Shown in pieces: positions 59,502-64,000 of a stretch of DNA of 64,000 nt. The notes under the pieces were generated by a model. That model saw only the letters and a program-made list of their open reading frames with translations, was not told where the DNA came from and ran no database searches. Within the stretch, counting starts at the first letter, position 1, and each line of letters begins with the position of its first letter. A program made the translations under genes and the position numbers. The DNA comes from an uncultured Pseudanabaenaceae cyanobacterium (GTDB taxonomy: Bacteria > Cyanobacteriota > Cyanobacteriia > PCC-9006 > JAAUQQ01), in the NCBI GenBank assembly GCA_938002085.1, contig CALLAT010000009.1, forward strand, positions 6,760 to 70,759. The letters run 5' to 3'.

Positions 59502-59620
59502 TTCAACCCTCGAAATAACTCAACATTGAATAGATACACACACGGACCGTAGGGACATGGCATGCCATGTCCCTACTACCTTCAGAGGCTAATCACATGG
59601 CCTGGTTCAGGTTGATGCTC

Positions 59621-60580
59621 TTAGGAAACCGTTGCAGTTTGGGCACTGCTCGTACTGACGTTGGCTTCTTGATTGGCCTTCACAGTCGTGGCGTTGTTCA
59701 GTGAACCGCCCATTTGCTTGAGTTCAAACAGCTTGACGCCGATTTGAAACTCGTACTGGCTCAGCAGGCGAGCATAGGTGTAACCAGCCTTGCCATCGAG
59801 GAAGCCCAGACGGAGGAAGTAGGTCAAAATAAAGCGCAGCAAAGGCTTAAAGGGCAAGCGCACCCAAATCTTCTTGAGGAAACGCTTGCGCTGCACCGAG
59901 TCACCAAAGAGGTTTGCACCAATGGTTCCATCACTGCCCTTACCCTGGAGAGTGTTGAGGTAAACCTTGGCTTCCCAGTTGGAGTAACGGTTGTGGCGTG
60001 CCAGCCAGTGGAACATGTCACGATAGTCCTCGTGCATCATGTCCTCTTTGAGGTGGCCCACCTTGGACTGCATGACCACATGCTCGTGGACTTCGTTGTC
60101 GCCCGTGTTCTGGATTTCGCCGGTTTGCAAATCCTCGTAGCGACCCTTGGCATGTTTGAACAGGCGCAGGTTCCAGTCAGGATACTTGCCGCCATGCTTA
60201 ACCCATTTGCCTAGGAAAAAGACGCGGCGGTTGATGTAGTAACCGTCAAATTCGTCTTTCTCAATTTTCTCAGCAATCTCGTCCCAGGAGGCATCGGTGA
60301 TGCGCTCATCGCAATCGACGATGAGAACCCACTCGTTCTTGAAGGGGAGATTTTCCAGACCCCAGTTCTTCTTTTTGGGCCAGCTGCCGTTGAAGTGGAA
60401 TTGCTCCACTTTGGCGCCGTAGCGCTCGGCGATTTCAATGGAGTTGTCGGTACTCTGGGAGTCGACGACAAAGATCTCATCGGCTCGCTGGAGACTCTCC
60501 AAGCAAGCCGGGAGGTTCTGTTCCTCATTTTTGGCGGGAATCAGAACGGATACGGGAACCTTTCGGGATGGCGCTGTCAT
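59621..60580 (-). CDS. Family 2 glycosyltransferase
   Basis: VSVLIPAKNEEQNLPACLESL..FVVDSQSTDNS..LIVDCDE are GT2 DxD-type signatures. Confidence 0.9.
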   Translation of the reverse strand: MTAPSRKVPVSVLIPAKNEEQNLPACLESLQRADEIFVVDSQSTDNSIEIAERYGAKVEQFHFNGSWPKKKNWGLENLPFKNEWVLIVDCDERITDASWDEIAEKIEKDEFDGYYINRRVFFLGKWVKHGGKYPDWNLRLFKHAKGRYEDLQTGEIQNTGDNEVHEHVVMQSKVGHLKEDMMHEDYRDMFHWLARHNRYSNWEAKVYLNTLQGKGSDGTIGANLFGDSVQRKRFLKKIWVRLPFKPLLRFILTYFLRLGFLDGKAGYTYARLLSQYEFQIGVKLFELKQMGGSLNNATTVKANQEANVSTSSAQTATVS

Positions 60581-60727
60581 GGTTTATCTTCAGCAGCGAG
60601 TGCAAGCAAGTGAACGACGGGCAACGTCGAAATAGAAGATGCAGCACCTTAGAAAGCCGTCACGACAATCGCCAGTGACTCAACTCTCTATCCTCAATTA
60701 TCGCGATCGCGATTCATTGCCCTAGTT

Positions 60728-61948
60728 CTAGTAAGCCCGCAAACGCAGTCGAAGCATCGTTAAGGTCTCAGACAATCGCTTGATTCGTTGATCAAGGCGT
60801 TGCTTTTCCCCTAATAGTAAGCGCAGTTTTTTGTAGCGACCAATGGCGAGACCCGCAGGTTGGAGCTGGTCTGGGTGGCAGGGGCGACGCCAGGATTGGC
60901 CAGTGGGATCAAGACCGCACAGTTGGTAGACGCCAGCATCAGAGTGTTTCTCCAACCAGCCATTGAGAATGGGCCCTTCCTGATACAGGGTCTGGATTTT
61001 TTGGTGGACTTCCTTCAGTGCTTCTTGCCAAACAATCACTTCTTGCCCAATATTTTGCAGCAGTTCCAGGGGCAGCATGGGATTTGTACTGTTGTTGTGA
61101 GAGCTAATCTCCGGTGACTTAGAACGAGGTAATGCTGGTGGGGTAACGGTTTCAATGGGCTTAATATTGCTCGCCTGTTGCGCTTGGCTGGCATCCAAGG
61201 ATTGGGGCAATGATTTTTCTAGGGATTGGCTGAGAGATTGAGCTAACGCTTGGGCTGCCGCTTGTTCGGCTTGACTGACGGGTGCCAGAAGCGATTTGTG
61301 AGGTTGCTTTGGCTCAGACTCATCGGTGCAGAGTTTTGGACATTCGGTGGTTGGGCTAGGTTCTGCTGCTGATTTTTGGGCCAATGGGTCGGCCTGTTCA
61401 AAAAGGTCGGCTAGGACCTCGGCCGTTACAGGTGAAGTTTCCGTTGCGACCGAGACGTCTTTGGAATCCTGCTGAGGAGGCTGAGACAGGTTTAGCTCGA
61501 TGGGCAATTCCTCTTGGACAAATTCATTGTCGCGACCGGCCACAGCTTGAAAGACATCAACGGAAACCGATGACTGGATGAGAGGAGGGCCATCGGGAGA
61601 TGCCGTGACAGAGCTTTGTTGGGGGAAGTTGTTGGCTGTGTCAGCCTCCGTTACTTCTGACTTGGGCTGGCTGGTCTGGGGCTGAGCAGACTTCAGCGTA
61701 ATTATGGGAGAAACAGGCTTTTCGCTGCTGCCCTTCACCTGGAAGGCATCCTTCGGAAACCAAGGCGGAGTAACTTCGGCAATAGAATTGACGCCCAGAT
61801 AACCGACTTGGCTGCGGCCTTCAATCTCAAAGGAGCAAACTCGGGATTGACCGGCAGCGTTAGGGGAGCCCGGCTCCTGGCCAGAAATATTGGCTTGGCT
61901 AATGGCTGCTTGAATTCGCTGAATTCTGGGCTGAATACTTGAGGTCAT
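60728..61948 (-). CDS. Hypothetical protein, long S/P/Q-rich low-complexity centre with a structured C-terminal ~120 aa
   Basis: 406-aa ORF. I recognise no family. The C-terminal part (..EVIVWQEALKEVHQKIQTLYQEGPILNGWLEK..) looks globular or coiled-coil. Confidence 0.5.
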   Translation of the reverse strand: MTSSIQPRIQRIQAAISQANISGQEPGSPNAAGQSRVCSFEIEGRSQVGYLGVNSIAEVTPPWFPKDAFQVKGSSEKPVSPIITLKSAQPQTSQPKSEVTEADTANNFPQQSSVTASPDGPPLIQSSVSVDVFQAVAGRDNEFVQEELPIELNLSQPPQQDSKDVSVATETSPVTAEVLADLFEQADPLAQKSAAEPSPTTECPKLCTDESEPKQPHKSLLAPVSQAEQAAAQALAQSLSQSLEKSLPQSLDASQAQQASNIKPIETVTPPALPRSKSPEISSHNNSTNPMLPLELLQNIGQEVIVWQEALKEVHQKIQTLYQEGPILNGWLEKHSDAGVYQLCGLDPTGQSWRRPCHPDQLQPAGLAIGRYKKLRLLLGEKQRLDQRIKRLSETLTMLRLRLRAY

Positions 61949-62149
61949 CCGAGTTTCCTTTGTGTCACCTGAGCTTCTCTTTACCGGTCAACCCTGAACC
62001 GAAATCCTTCCCCTATCTCTATGGGGACTTTTCTGGCGGGGCGAGAGCTGCGAACAAGGCTAACACTCTTTGGTATGGTGTCAAGGCAATTGCTCCAGAT
62101 TGCTCCGATCCTCTGGGTCAGGGCTTTTGAGCTATCAGGTCTGCATCCC

Positions 62150-62710
62150 ATGGCTCCGCTAATTCTCGTGACTGGTCCAGCCCGCTCTGGTAAAAGCCTG
62201 TGGGCTGAAACCCTCGCCCAGCAGTCCTCCCAAGTCACCTATATTGCGACTGCTCGGGTGGATGTAAGCGACCCCGATTGGCGCGATCGCATCACTGCCC
62301 ACATTGACCGCCGCCCATGCCATTGGCAGACCCAAGAAGTACCTTTAGACTTGCCCGGCGCGATCGCTAATACGCCGGGAGAACGCTGTCTTTTAGTCGA
62401 TTCCCTCGGGACTTGGTTGGCCAATTGCCTGGAGGATTCCGAGGAAGACTGGCAAGAGCGCTGTTGTGTTTTGGTCCAAGCCCTGAGAAAAACGACTGCT
62501 AGGGTTGTTTTGGTTGCAGAAGAGACGGGCTGGGGTGTGGTGCCTGCCTATCCCTTAGGCCGACAGTTTCGCGATCGCCTCGGGCGATTGATTCAGGATG
62601 TGGCGGCGATCGCTCAAGAGACCTACCTGGTTGCGGGAGGCCATGCTTTGCCCCTGCATCGCCTGGCGATTCCCTTGTCTTCCGGGCAATGGTCACTCGA
62701 AGAATCGTGA
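62150..62710 (+). CDS. cobU: Bifunctional adenosylcobinamide kinase / adenosylcobinamide-phosphate guanylyltransferase
   Basis: The ATG at 62150 gives MAPLILVTGPARSGKSLWAE (P-loop). It also carries YIATA, LVDSLGTWLAN and VLVAEETGWGVVP. The ORF-track start at 62021 is an upstream extension. Confidence 0.9.
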   Translation: MAPLILVTGPARSGKSLWAETLAQQSSQVTYIATARVDVSDPDWRDRITAHIDRRPCHWQTQEVPLDLPGAIANTPGERCLLVDSLGTWLANCLEDSEEDWQERCCVLVQALRKTTARVVLVAEETGWGVVPAYPLGRQFRDRLGRLIQDVAAIAQETYLVAGGHALPLHRLAIPLSSGQWSLEES

Positions 62711-63065
62711 AAAATCATCCCGCCGAACGCTATGAACCACAGCATTTTTCCAGTCTGTAAAACCCGCTTCAAAAAAATGACTATATATAAGGTATAAATC
62801 TCGAGATTTTGCCCCTATTTGGCAAGGACTTCCCAGTGCATTCTGGCTCGAAGTGTTAGCTCCGGTAGGGGACTTTTGATTCTAGGTGGCACCTCTGGTT
62901 CCAAAGCGGAGTCATCCCGATGCAAGCAAGCCTCTCCACAGAAAGGCTTGGCAAAACAGAATGCCCCACTACAGGAAAAGTATAGGTTTACAGCCCTTCA
63001 CAAGCCCGGAGAAGTCAAACCTGCGAGCTACGATCAGGGTATCCCTCGCAGTAGGCTTCCAAACC

Positions 63066-63479
63066 ATGGCGACTCAAGCGCAACTCCGCCAATACCTCTC
63101 TCACTGGTTCCAACTGGGGAAAGGAGTCAAGATTGCCCAGGACGAGGCAAGCTACTGCCCCAGCAATATTGCCTATGGCAGTGGCTATAGCCCTGAATTT
63201 GAAGCCCATTGGCAGAAGTTCCAGCTGGCTGGCTTGGAGCGCTGCTATTTAGAGGACACTGGCGAGACCTTGGCAGAACTCAGCCAATCGGATTGGGATA
63301 TCCAGTCCTGCGCTCGGTGTGACATGCCGGTGGCGCTGAAGGTCGGCGGTATTACCCCCCTGGATTGCCCCTGTAGTGACCAGAGCAATTGGCCTAACCT
63401 GGAGCTGCCGACTCCTAAGCCCCCGCAAAACTGGAATGAGCGAATTCGTAGCATTGGGCAGCGTCTCAAGGAAAAATAG
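63066..63479 (+). CDS. Hypothetical protein with Cys cluster (CxxC..CxC)
   Basis: The ATG at 63066 gives MATQAQLRQYLSHWFQLGKG... CARCDMP and CPCSD suggest a small zinc-binding motif. I recognise no family. Confidence 0.55.
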   Translation: MATQAQLRQYLSHWFQLGKGVKIAQDEASYCPSNIAYGSGYSPEFEAHWQKFQLAGLERCYLEDTGETLAELSQSDWDIQSCARCDMPVALKVGGITPLDCPCSDQSNWPNLELPTPKPPQNWNERIRSIGQRLKEK

Positions 63480-63519
63480 ATGGGTTGATAAAGTCCCCAT
63501 TTCCCATTCGTCTTCTCCT

Positions 63520-63975
63520 ATGCTGCGCATTGCTCTGATTCAGCCCGAAATTCCGCCCAATACCGGTAATATTGCCCGCACCTGCGCGGCTACCGGTACA
63601 CCGCTTCATTTGGTGGGTCCCTTGGGGTTTGAAATTAGCGATCGCCAGCTCAAGCGAGCCGGACTAGACTATTGGCCCTATGTGGACGTCAACCAGCATG
63701 AATCCATCGAAGCTTTCCGTGAGGCGGCTCGTCCTGGCAGGTGGATTGCTTTTACCAAGAACGGCAGTGAAAACTACTGCAAGTTTCAGTTTCAGCCGGG
63801 CGACTGGTTGCTCTTCGGTCGTGAGACCAGCGGCCTTCCCCCTGAATTAATGGCTGATTGCGATGCCAAGGTTTATATCCCGATGAGCCAAAAGTATGTC
63901 CGCAGCCTGAACCTTTCGGTGAGTGCTGCCCTGGGGCTGTTTGAGGCGCGTCGTCAATTGGGCTATTTGGAATAA
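63520..63975 (+). CDS. trmL: tRNA (cytidine/uridine-2'-O-)-methyltransferase, SpoU/TrmL type
   Basis: The ATG at 63520 gives MLRIALIQPEIPPNTGNIARTCAATGTPLHLVGPLGFEISDRQLKRAGLDYW. The C-terminal motif is RSLNLSVSAALGLFEARRQ. Confidence 0.9.
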   Translation: MLRIALIQPEIPPNTGNIARTCAATGTPLHLVGPLGFEISDRQLKRAGLDYWPYVDVNQHESIEAFREAARPGRWIAFTKNGSENYCKFQFQPGDWLLFGRETSGLPPELMADCDAKVYIPMSQKYVRSLNLSVSAALGLFEARRQLGYLE

Positions 63976-64000
63976 CGATTTCCGCCTAACTGCTTCTTTC

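Noticed and set aside
61949-62149. Possible cobalamin riboswitch upstream of cobU
   Set aside because: I could find neither a B12-box-like element (..AGYCMGGAGACCKGCC-type) nor the conserved GCCACTG core in the 200-nt leader. An Infernal scan would settle it.

Overview
This is a 64-kb chromosomal segment that looks cyanobacterial. The HIP1 palindrome GCGATCGC recurs very frequently in coding and non-coding DNA (not counted), and the gene content fits (DUF1565, DUF928, CHASE2, HEAT/PBS-lyase-like, many GGDEF/EAL). The exact taxon cannot be determined from the sequence alone. I support about 40 protein genes, one decayed IS element and two MITE-like elements. I found no rRNA, tRNA or CRISPR array. 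The main result is three giant TPS-domain (TpsA/filamentous-haemagglutinin-like) beta-helix exoproteins tied to CHAT caspase-like peptidase domains in two loci. Locus A (1..16804) has two tandem paralogues with the CHAT domain fused to the C-terminus, followed by a secreted DUF928 protein and a CHASE2-GGDEF cyclase. Locus B (31447..38510) has a TPS exoprotein without CHAT whose stop codon overlaps (TAATG) the start of a signal-peptide TPR-CHAT protein, with a REC-GGDEF gene abutting it. The fused and split layouts argue for one functional unit: a secreted fibre plus a caspase-like protease, linked to c-di-GMP signalling. I know of no experimental characterisation of such a unit. No TpsB transporter gene is present in the window. 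Other content includes a LysR regulator, a ferrochelatase-family protein with a His-rich tail, a TetR/SDR pair, a Hanks-type kinase, GAF-GGDEF-EAL and REC-PAS-GGDEF-EAL proteins, glutathione peroxidase and a CDF transporter. There is also a 1462-aa CBM-like/Calx-beta/lyase-like protein, exopolysaccharide genes (two GT2, an acetyltransferase, a priming sugar transferase) and the housekeeping genes hemD, cobA, cobU, coaE and trmL. All calls rest on reading the translated ORFs and the DNA by eye. No database search was run.
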